Below are positions 12,497-29,030 of a DNA stretch of 64,000 nucleotides, in pieces. The notes below the pieces were generated by a model, which had not been told where the DNA came from, did no database searches, and saw only the letters and a program-made list of their open reading frames with translations. Made by a program: the position numbers and the translations under genes. The stretch is taken from the NCBI RefSeq assembly GCF_009914755.1, contig NC_060937.1; one strand, 5' to 3'. How positions within the stretch are numbered: position 1 is the stretch's first letter; each line of letters starts with the position of its first letter. The stretch is from the human T2T-CHM13v2.0 reference genome, Homo sapiens.

Positions 12497-14369
12497 GAAA
12501 TTAAACATTTTTAAAAGGGGGAGTCCATAAGCCTCCTGTAGCCGATTTCTGTGGCCCAAGAAGCCCAGGGCAATTTACAGAGGCCATTAACACTTCAGTG
12601 GCAGAGCTCTGTGCTTGTGAAAACTAAAACACCCTTTTAGAAATATATTTGATTTAATTAACAGAAGATAATAGTGAAATAGTATGATCTAGAGTCATAC
12701 AGGCCTGAGGTCAATTTCAGCCACATGACCTTGGAAAGTGACATAGCCTTTCTGACCCCTGGTTTCCCGGCCTGTGAACTGGGGGAGTTGATTAAGAGCC
12801 TGCAGAGCACCCGGCAAAGGGCAGCTAGTCAAGCAGAATACCGTGTGGAAACTGAGAGTTCCCCAGTATCCTCAGCCTCTTAGAGACCCCAAATAAGCTG
12901 TCATATCATCAAGACATTCAAGGCAGGGCTGGACACCTTCTGCTTCTGCCCACACAGCCTCTCCTGCCAGAGTCCCATGTATAGTGGGCCTTGGGGCTCT
13001 TCCCCTTTAATCACTCTCCTGACTTCACCAGCGAGACTTCCGCCATCTTTTGCTCGTTGATATTTACCATTCACCTGTTTCACAACCGGCCCTTCAAGAT
13101 GACCCCCCCCTTAGACATAGTGCAAGAAGTCCTGTGTCTCCCCAGCTCCTCGGGTCTCTGCTCTGTCTTTAGGAAGGCCGCACCACTCCAGGAGAGCAGA
13201 ATCACAAAATGTTGCCCTGCCCAACACTGTCCCCGCCCCACCACACACAGACCACCTCTCCTGTGTTCCCAGGTGCTCCTCCTGTCTCCATGGAGATGCC
13301 TGCCTCTGCTACACCCCTGGCTCATGTACTCTTGAAGGACCAAGCACCAAACATCCTTCTGTCTTTTGGGGCTCCCTGCCCCTGCGATAGTGGAAGACTC
13401 GCTTACTGTCTAGCTATACCTGTGTAAGAAGGTCCCTGTCAACCACTGAACTTTGTACTCTCTCTCTATTTTGAGAGAATCTCAATTGTAATTTCATACC
13501 TTCATCTAAAGAATGGTGTATATGTAACAATGAATTTTAACATGAACAAAATATTCCCTCTGAAAAACGTCCTAACACACTTCGGATTTCTCATATGTAT
13601 AGAGAATAAGGCTTTTGCTTCTTGCTTTAACTATTTAATTTTACATAATTTTTTTCAAAGTCAAACTTTTGATTTGAAAGTGAAATTCCACTTTCAAATG
13701 CTATGAAACATGTTGTTTGCCAAAATGCAAAATATCTTTTTTGTTTCAACACGAGAAATGCTTAGAAAAAACAGAATTACAGAGACTTTCTCTTCCGATG
13801 GGAAACAATTTTTTCTCACCTGCTACAATCAAAGATGACAAGGCTATTTTTTTTAGCAACACTTTAAATAGCTGAGAGTTAAAGTGTGTTCCATGCTTAC
13901 TGCATGTCAGTACTATTCTGGTGTTCACAAGAACCCTCGGTGTAGGTACTCTTATCATCCCCATTTTAGAAACAAGAAAGCTGAAGTTTCAAGTAACTTA
14001 CTCATACTCAGAAGTTCACACATAAGTACTGGAATTCAAGCCAAGGCCACCCCATGTGAGAGGCCATCTGCCTACCTAACTAGGACACTGGAAGGTAAAA
14101 AGTTGACTAAAACAGTTTCCTCTCATAAAATTTCTTATATTTACATCCAATAATATATGTATCTCTTACTTGCTTTTCAATTACCTATAAAGCTGGAAAA
14201 TAAATATAAACTAAACTCTGAGACTCAGGCAGCAGATAGGAAGTAACCTTGATAAACTTAAGAATGTTCCATAAGTAGTCAATTTCTGCTGATGAGAAAT
14301 AGCAACTGTGCCATAGTATATGCTTTATAATAATCTGATACCTGAGGAAGAAAGAATACCATATATAAC

Positions 14370-15130
<761 letters not shown>

Positions 15131-16244
15131 TTTTACAAAGCAATTTTATGATAAGCTGAGTATGGTGCCAAATAGGATTTCTGACACAGTTAAAACTGCC
15201 TTTATTTTCTATCGTGTATTAGAGGAGAAAAAAAATCTAATTTGGCCTTAGGAATTTTCTTTTCAAAATATACTATAAGCTGTATTTGTAAACATTCTCT
15301 TATTTCTCATTCTCTGAAATTGAAGGATTCTCCATCTATATTACCTCCTGACACTACAGTTCAATTTTATTTAGCAGGACCACTTTATTTTCCCTTTTTC
15401 CTCCAAAATAGATTTTGTGGGTTCCTGATTTTCACCAGTTACTCTAACTATTCTGTGTATTTAATGCCCCAACTATGTGCTGGGTGCCCTTCCATTGGAT
15501 GGGTGGTTGCATTATTAAATGTTTTGACTTTATTTAGATAGGCATTTCTTGAATCAATTTTTAAGAGCGTGCCTGTCTTTATCTAACTTACTTCCTGATG
15601 AAGCGCAGATCTTTTTTTGGTAGTGGTAGTATTATTCTGAAGATGTTTCTTAGTGCCTCCTTTTGCATTTTCCTGCTGTTTCACCAACAGTTTTTGTTAG
15701 CATTATCAAACTCTACTGAGAACCAAGATTCGTAATTAGCCTGGTATATTAATCAGGATAAATGCTGAGGAGGCAGAAAAGGAAATGGAAAACATTTGAT
15801 TAATTATAAGACATGAGTTGGATAGCTTCTCTGAAAACTAGCCTGGGCTCAGTAAAGTATTTAGAGGGCAATATGGCAGGTAAGAGTGACTTGGAGTCAC
15901 TTATGAAAAGTTGGAGAGCAGAAGGCAGCTGGGTGCAGTTGGATGGTCTGCGGCAGTTTCCAGCATAAAGCACCCTTTCCATCACTGATGCAGGGTGTGC
16001 ATGTGTGTATCTGCTGAATTAACTTGTCCTTGTTGTGGTAGTTGCTGTTGTTGTCAGTATCAGAACCACCATGTAACAGATAGTTTTGCCCGATTCACAG
16101 ACAGTTTGCTTCTTTGGCACCTTCTGGATTTGACAGATTGTTTAAATCACTAGCTGCTCTATTAGCTGGTAATTTGGATAAGTATTTCTAATTTCCAATT
16201 TTGCCTGAGGGACCTTTAAGAATTGAAGCTAACAGTGCTGAGGG

Positions 16245-17645
<1,401 letters not shown>

Positions 17646-17725
17646 CTCTCTATATATAAATTGAGTGCTAGCATCAACAAAATGCAAATTTAAACTATCA
17701 TAAGCTACTATTAGACTGCATTTAA

Positions 17726-18150
<425 letters not shown>

Positions 18151-18265
18151 AGCAGTTTCTTTTGAAGTTAAACATACATACACCATATAATCCAGAAATT
18201 CTACTCCTACATATTTACTTAACAAAAATGAAAATATATATCCACACTAAGACTTGTACACAAGT

Positions 18266-18724
18266 ATTATCAACAAATCCACTGAAAAGGATCTTCCTTA
18301 AAAAAGAGAATGATTTTATTCCTGTAAGCAGTTTGCAAACCAGGGAGACCCAGCCTTCAGTACAAAACAAAGATGCTCTCCCTGAGAACAGAGAGACAGG
18401 TTATCCTTTATAGAAAAAGCTCCCACCCAGATTCCCACTCTGGTCTGCTCTGCAAGTGAGAGGGATGCAAGTATGTTTGGTTTTGATTGGTCAATGCAAG
18501 TCACAAGTCTATTTGTTAGATCCAGAAGTCAAGATGAGACTTCCCAGCACCCATCAAATCAGGGAGCATAAATAGGAGCAGACAGCCATGAAAGTCCCCA
18601 AATCACGCGAGCCTGTGGTTTCTCAGAGAATGCAGAAGACGTTTGTGACCTGGCTCCATTCTGAATTTAGACCCAGTTAGCCACTCAGGATCCATTTGGA
18701 AGGATTGGCTCTTTCAGGTTCATG
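18266..18724 (-). mobile_element. ERV1-like solo LTR, family not assigned
   Basis: About 460-bp insertion that cleanly interrupts the L1, flanked by AAGT; antisense start gaacctgaaagagccaatccttccaaatggatcctgagtggctaactgg; CCAAT and AATAAA-like elements. Confidence 0.6.
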
Positions 18725-19017
18725 AAGTGTTCATGGCAGCTTTATTTACAGTAGCCAGAAACTGGGTTCTATCCCAGTTACCTTTAGTGACTTTCAGTCA
18801 TACTCAGCTTCACTGAACAGTACCCCTGAACTGGCCCTTTAAGAAAAGGAAGGCGTCTTCTGCTCACGAGGTCGGAGGGAGTCCAGAAGGGCAGGGGGTG
18901 TCCACTGGAGCTGGGGGTGCTTTGTAGGAGGCAGATGCTGATGAGGAGAATGTAAGGCTTCAGAATATGTAGGAAAATGGGAGTTGTACCTCTTTGTAGT
19001 TTGTTGGATAGTGGCTT

Positions 19018-19422
19018 TGTATTAGTTTCTTGAGGCTGTGATAACAAAGTACCACAGACTTCAACAGCAGCAGTATGTCCTCGCACAGTTCTGGGGGCTG
19101 GAAGTCAGAGATCAAGGTATCAGCAGGGTTGGTTCCTTCTGAGGCTGTGAGGGACAGGTCTGTTCCCGGCCTCTTACCCTGGCTTGTAGATGGTCATCCT
19201 CATGTCCACACAGTGTTCTACCTATATGAGTGTCTGCCTCTTTATCTAAATCTCCCTTTTTATGGGGACATCAGTCATTCTGGGTTGGGGCCCACCCTAA
19301 TGACCACATTTGAACTTGATTACCCCTGTAAAGACCCTATCTCCAGATAAGCTCATGTTTTGAGGTGCTGGGAGACAAGACATCAACATGGGAATTTAGG
19401 GGGATACAATCCAACCCATAAC
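19018..19422 (-). mobile_element. MaLR LTR (MLT1B/C-like)
   Basis: tgtattagtttcttgaggctgtgataacaaagtaccacagac...cacagttctgggggctggaagtc...caacccataaca. Confidence 0.85.
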
Positions 19423-20302
19423 AGGCTTGAGCCTTTTTCTTTCTGTGATTATGTGGACCACAGTCCCAGATAGCAGCTACTGGTCCCAGATCATGTACAA
19501 GTGGTCCCAGCATTGTGAAGGACCTGAGGATGTCTGGGCTACCTTGGCTTTGAATAACCAGCCCAGGAGCTGTGTGAGAGCCTGTCCTGCCCCTTTAGAA
19601 TACTGAAGTTTGAATTGGATCCCCTAGCTAAAATGTTGGCATTTTAATAGTTACAGAGAAAAGAAAGGAACCTTAGCTCTTCTGTTGAGGGTTTATTCTG
19701 CCTGATGCTTTCGAAATAAGTTTGTTATTTTGGCAACACTAATGAGGTAGGTGTTATCCCCTTCCTGCAGCTTAGGATTAAAAAGCTCAGTGGGACTAGG
19801 TAGCCTTCGTCCACACTGCCTAAGCTGTTATTCAAGTACAGGTAGTAAGAGGGATTTGAACATAGGCCTTTCTGACTCCAGCATCCGTGTTCTTTTCATA
19901 ACCATGAGCTATTTCATTTTCTAAAAAGTGTTCAGTTGAAACAAATGCAGAAATTATTCCTCTCAATGTATGTAATAGATCTGTGTTTATCTGATCTAAT
20001 CCAGGATATATCCTCTGAACAGAAAAGTTAGAAAAGACGGCATTAGAAAAGACATGCAGACAACTCAAAAAACTATGAAACTTTATGGGGAAAATGTGTT
20101 ATCACCTGATCTATATCTTAAAATGGTGAGAATTCATGGCATCCACCTGTCAAGATAAAGGAGCAAAGGAACCACGCTCCAAGTTTTGGGAAGAAAATAG
20201 CACATGGTGGCGACTGGGGGTGACATGAGACCCCACTCCCCATCAGGAATCTCAGGCAGCCCCTCCCTTCTTGGATATGAACAACTGAAGTTTTCTCAAT
20301 CA

Positions 20303-20440
20303 TTTATTTTATTTTTTAACTGATTAATAATAATTATACATATCCCTGGGCACCTAGTGACATTTCTATACCTATAAGGTATAGTGATCAGATCAGGGTA
20401 ACTGGCATGCCCGTCATCTCAAACACTGACCACTTCTTTT
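20303..20440 (-). mobile_element. L1MA 3' end fragment
   Basis: taataattatacatat...tatagtgatcagatcagggtaactggcat. Confidence 0.65.
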
Positions 20441-23094
20441 AAAGTGTAGCCTGGAGCTCCCCACTGTGGATCCAATGGCTGCCACAACCACTTTGCAGAA
20501 CCAGGTCGCTGAAAGGCAGCTTGACAAAAAGACTAAGATGAGCCAAGTGTACTGCAACATGGCACAGGAACCATTGATCAAATGCTGTAACTTGGTGTCA
20601 TGACAACGGACAATGATGTCGAGTGGAGTGCTGGATCTCTTATCACCACTGTATCACACTGATTTAATCACACTAATCTAAGCTTCTTGAAGGGGAAAGA
20701 GAAAAGCTTTGTAGTAGCTCCCCTTCCTGGTGCTGTTCAGAAACAACAATGGTGCAGGCCACACCTCACAACGAAGGGGGCTCGGCTGGCTGGGCACAGT
20801 GCTAAATGAGCCGCAGGTCAAGAGGTCACTCCTGCAGCCAGGCCGACCTTTAGCCACACTCTGGTCCAGGCGACAGATGGGGCCCTAGCCTCAGTCCCCT
20901 TTCATCTCACATATGGGGAGTTCTTGGCCACAAGAGGACCAATTCAAAATAATATCCAGTGACTTGGTGAATAAACTCTTCCACTGGAGATGGTATTGCA
21001 TTGTTGGATGTATCTTGAACTACAAAGCTTGCTTGGGGAGATTTGTATAAATTGAAGATCATTTGATTGGTTTTCATTCAAGTCCCTGCTTTCAAGTGCC
21101 TCCTGTATGTTTTTCAGTGGAACACAAGAACCCGAATTCAGTCCTTCACCTATTTCTACTGGTGTTGAAATCTATAAAGACATAAAATCTACTTGCTTAG
21201 CCAATGAGCCTTACAGAGTGTCTAGTTGCTCTGATTTAATATATCAGTGTATCGGGAAACTTTAATCCTGAGTGCAGGCTGTTGGCATATGGATTCCATG
21301 CTGGTGGTAGGTTTGGACTACCTCAGAAAAGAAATGGGCACATGCCTTCTTGTAAATATTTTGTCTTTGTAAATATTTTCTTTGTATTCATGGGTTCAAG
21401 ATGCCCAGGAAACGTATGTGAAGCCCAGATGTCACAGGAATTTTCCTGGTCTGCTTTAAGGAAGTCCTTAAGCATCACACCTGCCAGTTCAAATACTATT
21501 TGAGCCCTGTGCATTTTTGAGAAATGATGTATAAGTAGAAAAATTATACAAGAAACATGGAAAAATCAACAGGACTATTTAAATGTTATACAGAACTTAT
21601 GAACAGTTCAAACTAAATATTTTGCTATTAAAATTATTCAAGAATCATAGAAATCTGGAAATAAACACTTCATAAATAACGTTTTCAAATATCGCGTCAG
21701 GAAAAATTAGACAAAACCAGTTAAGGAGGGAAGTTACATTGAAAAAGACTGAGTTCTACTATCCCCTAAGTTTTGCAAAAATATTTTTAACTTACTTTCT
21801 AAAAGTTAGTGAGTTTCCATTATAAAATAGAAAAATTGTCTTCATTCCATGAAAGAACTGTCTGAAAATCAGAAAAGCACCATATCCTGGATTTCAAGGA
21901 AGATGAAACTTCTTCTTATCTTCTATTTTACTAAATACTCAAAATAAAATAATCATATTGTATTGAATCTGACATTGTTAAGGAAAATAGCTTAAAATTT
22001 TTAAATAATGAGCAATATATTTAATTTTAAAATACGAAGAATTAGGCTAAGGTGGTAATTTTTTAGTGAGTTGAAAGTCCAAACTATGAGTTCGGAAGAA
22101 ACAGCCCTAAAAGGCAAATAACATGGCTTTGGAATAATCACAGGGCAAATGCTTTGTTCTACATAATTCTTCTTTTGTGAATTTTAAAATGCTCAACAAG
22201 TATTAATGAAATATGTCTAAGAAGTAGATATTGCTTTAAAATCTAATTTCCAGAGTCTCGAACTAAGGCAAAGATTGAGATTAAGTCTCCGCCCAAAGTC
22301 TTAAGTGAGCCAGTGGAAGATGGCAGTTTATTCATGAATTGTTGGTTATCTGCTGCTTAACTACTTAACACAACCCGGTTTGATTGGTAATCAGATCCTA
22401 ATAATGTATGTTTCAAAGAAAGGGCAGTTTCCTTAAAATCCTTAAAGACTTGTCACTTTGAAAACTGGAATCAAAATGTGAAAATGTTATCGGTCCATCT
22501 GGCAGTGTCCTTGGGTGTTTTTTAGAGTGGTCTCATAGTGCTATTTAACTATGCTGAATATTTGACACCCAGTCTCTGTAGGAAATTGTGATTTTTATCA
22601 GCGAAGAGGCAATTAAATGCTGACATTTGGCACGTCCATCCATCAGGAATCTTATCACCCAAGAAGCATCCAGCAGCAGTTGCTGTCCTTTCCAGCTGGC
22701 AGACAGATAACAGAAACTGTCCTGTGTGAGGCACAATAGTCTAACGTGATTAGAAATCAGCCAAACTCTGGCTTCTCTTGAGCTATACTCCCCCACAGGC
22801 TGAATTATAGCTCTCCTACCAGTCCCACGGCGCTGAATGATGTCATGGGATCTGCAGTTCAGCGAGATGAAAGGGATAAAGCAGAACCCGCTGGCACTAG
22901 GAAAAGCTTCCAACACACAGTCCACAACACAGCTTGGGAACCAAAAAAGCTACAGATCCAGCCACTCAGCCCAAGCATGGGAGAACTACCAGCATTGCCT
23001 CATTGCAAAAAAGAGGAGGAAAACAACGTGATCCATGTTTAACAAAAGAGTCTGTGGACTAGGAGGTGGGAGGGTAACTACCTGCTGAAAGTGA

Positions 23095-23210
23095 ACTTTC
23101 TTTGATATCCATGCATATATATAAACTCAGCCCTGCCTTTGATGTTCAGCAACTGATTCACTGATCAGATTACAGGCATTTCATCTCCCTGCTCGTCTGC
23201 CTTTGATCTG
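23095..23210 (+). promoter_or_regulatory. TNFRSF19: Distal TNFRSF19 promoter: TATA box with three TCF/LEF (Wnt response) motifs
   Basis: TATATATAAA 23116-23125; CTTTGAT 23100-23106, CCTTTGATG 23136-23144, CCTTTGATC 23200-23208; lies just 5' of a consensus donor; TNFRSF19 is an established beta-catenin/TCF target. Confidence 0.75.
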
Positions 23211-23332
23211 CATGGTTAATTTTATTTTCCTGGATTTGAAGTTTCGTCTGGGCTTGTGCTGACATACATTTTTGGGAAGGTAGAAGCATTTGGCACAGAA
23301 GTGCTGCCAGGAGAAACTAAGTTGCTGAACGG
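23145..23332 (+). other. TNFRSF19: TNFRSF19 alternative non-coding first exon (distal, 1a); 5' end uncertain and may extend upstream to ~22.9 kb
   Basis: Consensus donor CGG|GTAAGT at 23332/23333; recalled mRNA junction ...gttgctgaacgg|aactctccaac joins it to the exon at 42624. Confidence 0.8.
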
Positions 23333-26266
23333 GTAAGTACTGCAAAGAGCTCAGCATGTTGCAGGTACTCTGTTTTAAGCTTTGTTATAGCTTTCACTGC
23401 ATTTTTCGCATGTGTTCTGAGAAAAGAATGGTTTTAATTAATTTTTTAGAAAGCATTTATACAGCTGAATACTACATGATGCTGAATGTGTGTATCAGAG
23501 TAACTATGGAACTTGATGTAATTTTTAGTAGTTTGTACAAGAGGGTTTGCAGTCTGTCATACAAATTTTACTTGGAAATGAGTTGTACAAACAGGACAAA
23601 ACAGAACAGCGCTCACTTTAGCATGCAACTGGTACTTCAACCCCTGAGATCTGTGAGCTATAATTGCTCTAAGTATTTACAGGTTACCTTATTTAGTAAA
23701 CAGTCAGTGCAACTTTGCTTGTTGAAAATGCTTTCTTTGTTTTCTTATATAAAAGAGTAAAATGTATCTCTGGCAATACTGTTTCTTTAGTTTATTTATT
23801 CTCTCACTTCCAAGATGTAAATCTATCAAATACACTTCCTTATGCAGTTTGTACACTCAAGGGAATCACTGAAAAACCATCAAGTATGATTAAAGACTTT
23901 TATGTGTAAAACTGAAGAATTTAAAAACAGTGAGGATAAAGTTGCACTAAGTTTGGCTAAAAATACTCCAGTGATTTTCTATAACCTTTGGAAATAGCAT
24001 AAGCCTTATTTACAGAAACATTCACAAGGTTAATATTCCTAAATTAACATTTACTTTACATTTATAGTGACAGCTGTTTTAAGTCAAAATTTGCCAACTG
24101 TTTATGAAAACTATCTGAGTAATCAACAGTTATTATGTTACATAAAGTATCTTAGTCACATTTTCACTTTAGCTAATGCCCAACATGACAAAACCAAATT
24201 ATATTGCTGTACCGAATTTGAAAGTTAACTGTTATTTTTTTGTCAGTTCATGATACACACACACTCACGCTCACACACACACACAGTAAAATCTTTACAG
24301 TGAAATATAAAAACTAAATACAATGGAAAAGTAACACTGTTACTTTGTTCGCGATGTTTTTTTTTTTAATGTTCTAGTCCTAAATTTATCTGGGCAAAAT
24401 ATTTAATTATTATCACAAGTCTATTTGATGCTAGCTGAACCATAAAGAAACCATAAGTGATAAGACCAGTTATCCTTTAGTCTGAAATTCTGATGAAACA
24501 GGAAAGGTCTAATGAGTCTCATTTCATAAGTAATTAATTTTTCACAGCCAATTAATTAAATTACTTTCTACACTTTCCTCTTGATACTAGAAGGGTAATT
24601 AGCATTGTTTATTTAATTTTAAAACTTTGCTAGTTGTTAAGTGGAGGTTATTTAAAGCCATGCTAAACTGATTATATTTTTAAAGTGTGTCATTAATAAC
24701 TTAATCTTAAAGATTTAACTGCTGTTTTTAGTCATGCCAGGAGAGGCATTTGCTTTTTTTTTCTAAGAGTACAACAAATCATGTTCACAATATCCTGCAA
24801 TATCGGTTTAGTTTGATTTTTTTTTAATTTGTTTGCTTAAAATCTTCCTTTTAATCACAAAAGTGGTATTAATGTTCACATTCAGATAAAGAAAATTAGC
24901 CTTTTAAAACAATGACTGGAGATGGTGCCTAAAGAAATAGTGTGTCTGAAACTTGCTCATTTAGTTCAGATTTGGATTTTAAAATTTTTAAAATGACTGT
25001 TTATCCTGCTACTAGGATCATTTTAACAAATACAGGCTCTCCTCAGCACAAAACAAAGGGGAGAATTAGCAATTATCTGATTAATTTAGGCTTTGTAGAA
25101 AACTAGCTTGGGCAAGTCAAGTCCTTGAAAATCCACTTCAGTGTTTGAATTAATTCAGTTAATTGTTTACTTCTAGTGTCATTGTTGAGAAATGAAATAG
25201 AGTGTATTTGATTTTAAAATAAAGATGGTTATATCTGAAGGTACAGGTACAGTCTCAAAAGGCATTTCCTAATTAATTGCCACAAAATGACTTTGGCAGA
25301 TATAGTCCTATTACTTCTACTGAACAAAATCCTTATGTGACATTTTTCAAAGCACTTTCCTATCTGTTGCTTCAATGGCAGCTTTGTTACTACAGAAAGT
25401 CCAAGTCTTCAAAAGACTTTTATGTTGAGTCCTGATACTGTCACCAATTAGCTATATGACCTCAAGAGAGTTTCCTCATGTGTGAAGTGAGGGAGTTGAT
25501 CACATCATCTTTATGAAATAAGCAGAATTGGAATTTTTATGGCCATTTTACAGATGAGGAAACTGAGGCTATAGAAAACGAATGTCCCTATCTTAACAAG
25601 GTCACATGGCTGATTTTCCCAGTTCTAGTCCAATGTTCTTTCCAGTCTACCATGCAGGGTCTGCTTTCCAACAACTGCTTAAACAAATGCACTCTGTAGC
25701 TCATCAAAGAACAATATTAGTTTGAAAAATAAAGACAGCCACTTCCTATTGTAGTGCATTTTTTTTTTGTTTCCATGATAGATATGTCAGTCAGCTGGAT
25801 TCGTCTGATTATTTTCCAACTGTTCCTTCTACTTCTGGACTTCTAAGCTGTCTAAACACAGTAGCTGCTACCCATAATTTAACATAATTTAACACGTAAA
25901 ATAATTTTCACAAAAAGTTTAATGCATCAATGTGATGTGGAATTATATATGTATTTGTGTGTTTGCCCCTGTGTGTGTGTGTGTACATACGAGTTTGGCA
26001 TTATATCAACACATATTTGTGTGTTTTGAAGGAATTGATATTTTCTTAGATGATGCCAGTGGCATCCAAAAACAGTTTAATAATTAAAGGTTAATTTTCC
26101 TCCAGGGAAATTCCCAGTGGGATTCTGTGAAACTTCAGTTGACAAACTCAATGTGCATTTCAAACATGATATGATATGTGTTTCATATCATGTTTGATTA
26201 TGTTAAGACTCTTGAGCATGTTTTCATTATCTCTTTGCTTTTCTTCCTTGAAAAAATATATCTTGG

Positions 26267-26577
<311 letters not shown>

Positions 26578-28611
26578 CTATATCTTGTGTGAAAAATTTT
26601 AATTTAGTTACTAATAAAATTTTATACAAATACAGGACTCTCATGGCCAAACAACTGCCCTCATAATAGGGCTTATCACCCTCTTTAGGATTCCTACATA
26701 TACAAGATTATTACTAACATGACCTAATATTTATTAATTCACTCATTATCAATTAATTCAATATCAAGTACTTGTGCAAGGATAAATAACATGTGCAAGA
26801 TTATAGGAATAATTCAGTGGCAGCATTGTGATCTACATTTTTTTTGTTCTGGGGCTAGGTGATTCATTCTTTTTAAGAATTACACAAAGCTGAACTTGAC
26901 TGTCAGCAAACATTATAGCCAAAATTTTGGCCAAAAATATGGGCTCCAGTTTTTTTTTTTTTCCTTTTATATATTTTGTAAGAACTATTAGACATTTTTA
27001 ATAGTATTTTCTGTCAGGATGGCCATAAAGGACCTCCCTAAGCCATGAAGGCATAATCTGTTCTCCCTCTGCTTCAGGAGTGAACTGAACTCAACCATCT
27101 GGCATTGGTTTAGTCGGATTCTCTTTCTGTGATGGCAAGGCCAGTCCAAGCCACCCTGGAAGAATGAGTGATTTTGTCCCCTTTAAAGGATGGTTCTTTA
27201 AAACGTTGTCCACCTGGGTGAGCTCTGTGATGGGAGGGCAGAGGGAGGCTCCCTGGTGGCTGTGTTGGCTGTGCTTTAATTTCTCCTCTACTGTCACTAG
27301 TCATTCAGCTTTGGCTCCAAAGTTGTTACCTCAAACCCACCCACTTGCCAAAATCAATACTCACTTCTTTAGATTAAGTAGGTAGTTTAAAACCCTCCTT
27401 TGTGACTTAAATTTTCTCTTTGATGAGAAGGGGAAGGAGAAGTCATGTGGGGGTTTCCAATGACTTCATAAAACCATTCCTTCCAACATAACCCACTGTC
27501 TTTGAGAGGAGTTCTGATAAAGATAGTTTTCTCCATCCTGTTAAATGCCCCCCATTCTTTGGTGGCTCTATAGCTTAGCACCATGGGCTGCTGCCCAGCC
27601 AGCCTGGCCTCAAGCCAGCCCTAGGTCGGGGAGTCCACCATGTTCATCAGGAAGGAGAGAAGGAGAGTCAATGGACTGTCTCTTCCCTCATCGAACTCAT
27701 GAAAAGGGTCTAGCCAATGAGGTACTCAGGGCCAAACTCACAAAGATCAGTGCAAGTGCTGCAACTTGTAACAACTTTGCTCTGTAAGTGTCTTGAGCTC
27801 CACTTACAGGAGGGGGCTATAAAAATAGCCTCCTTGGGTTTTTCATATATATTGGTTTACGCACCCATGGTATGGTGAAGATTATGTTAAGATACAGAAA
27901 GCCCAGATTCTGATTCCAGCTTTGTTAATTAACTTGGTGTGCAGCATTCAGGAAGTCACTGGGCATTGGCCTCACGGTGCTCCCTCAGCCCCATGCTGAT
28001 AGTCTATAATTGGCAGTAGTGGGTATCGGGAATTACTTAAATAGCTAGGTCTTGGGGGTTCCTCCTCCACTTATTTTCTTAACTGTATTTGGAAAACTTT
28101 ATTACCCTTTGAGATTCTCACTCTCAATTACTAATTCATCCAACAAATTTTTAATGAGAACTTACTATGTGCCAGAAACTGTAAACCAAAGAGACAAAAT
28201 TTCATATTCTCCTGTAGCTTGCATTCTATTCCACTTTTTTCCCAAGGAATAGTGATTTACACTAGAAATGACTAGAAGTTAGGCAATTTTTCATTAGCTT
28301 TGCTACCAGCGAGCTAATTTATCACTGAAACTATTCTTTCAGGGGTTTTTCAAGTTTTCCTTAGTTCAACTTTTGGGGAAAAATATTTTAAACAAATGCA
28401 CTTTGTGTCAGCTCAGATATTGCTAAAACTATCTTCAGAAAACTAACTTTTAACATAAATCTTAAAAACAAACACCTCTATCAAGATTGTCATAGCAATT
28501 TTGCTTTTCCAGTAAAAATTTTAACCCATTAATGATATGCAGTGTTTTAAAGGAAGTAAAATGCTCCCAGTCCTAATTACAAGCATCCAGTTTCATTTTG
28601 CATGAGCCTAA

Positions 28612-28921
<310 letters not shown>

Positions 28922-29030
28922 CACAGAACTCTTTTTATACTACTATGGTGCTCAATTGTGTGCCTGAGTTTTTGTTCAGACACTGTCTCCAAATCATACA
29001 ACACTCAAATGAGGGAAAGTGGGAACTATA

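Noticed and set aside
20440-21330. Possible processed pseudogene or unannotated exon in unique upstream sequence
   Set aside because: No sustained ORF, recognisable protein similarity, poly(A)+TSD or convincing splice pair
24328-24346. 9-bp-arm palindrome AAAGTAACA-C-TGTTACTTT
   Set aside because: Short enough to be expected by chance in AT-rich 64 kb
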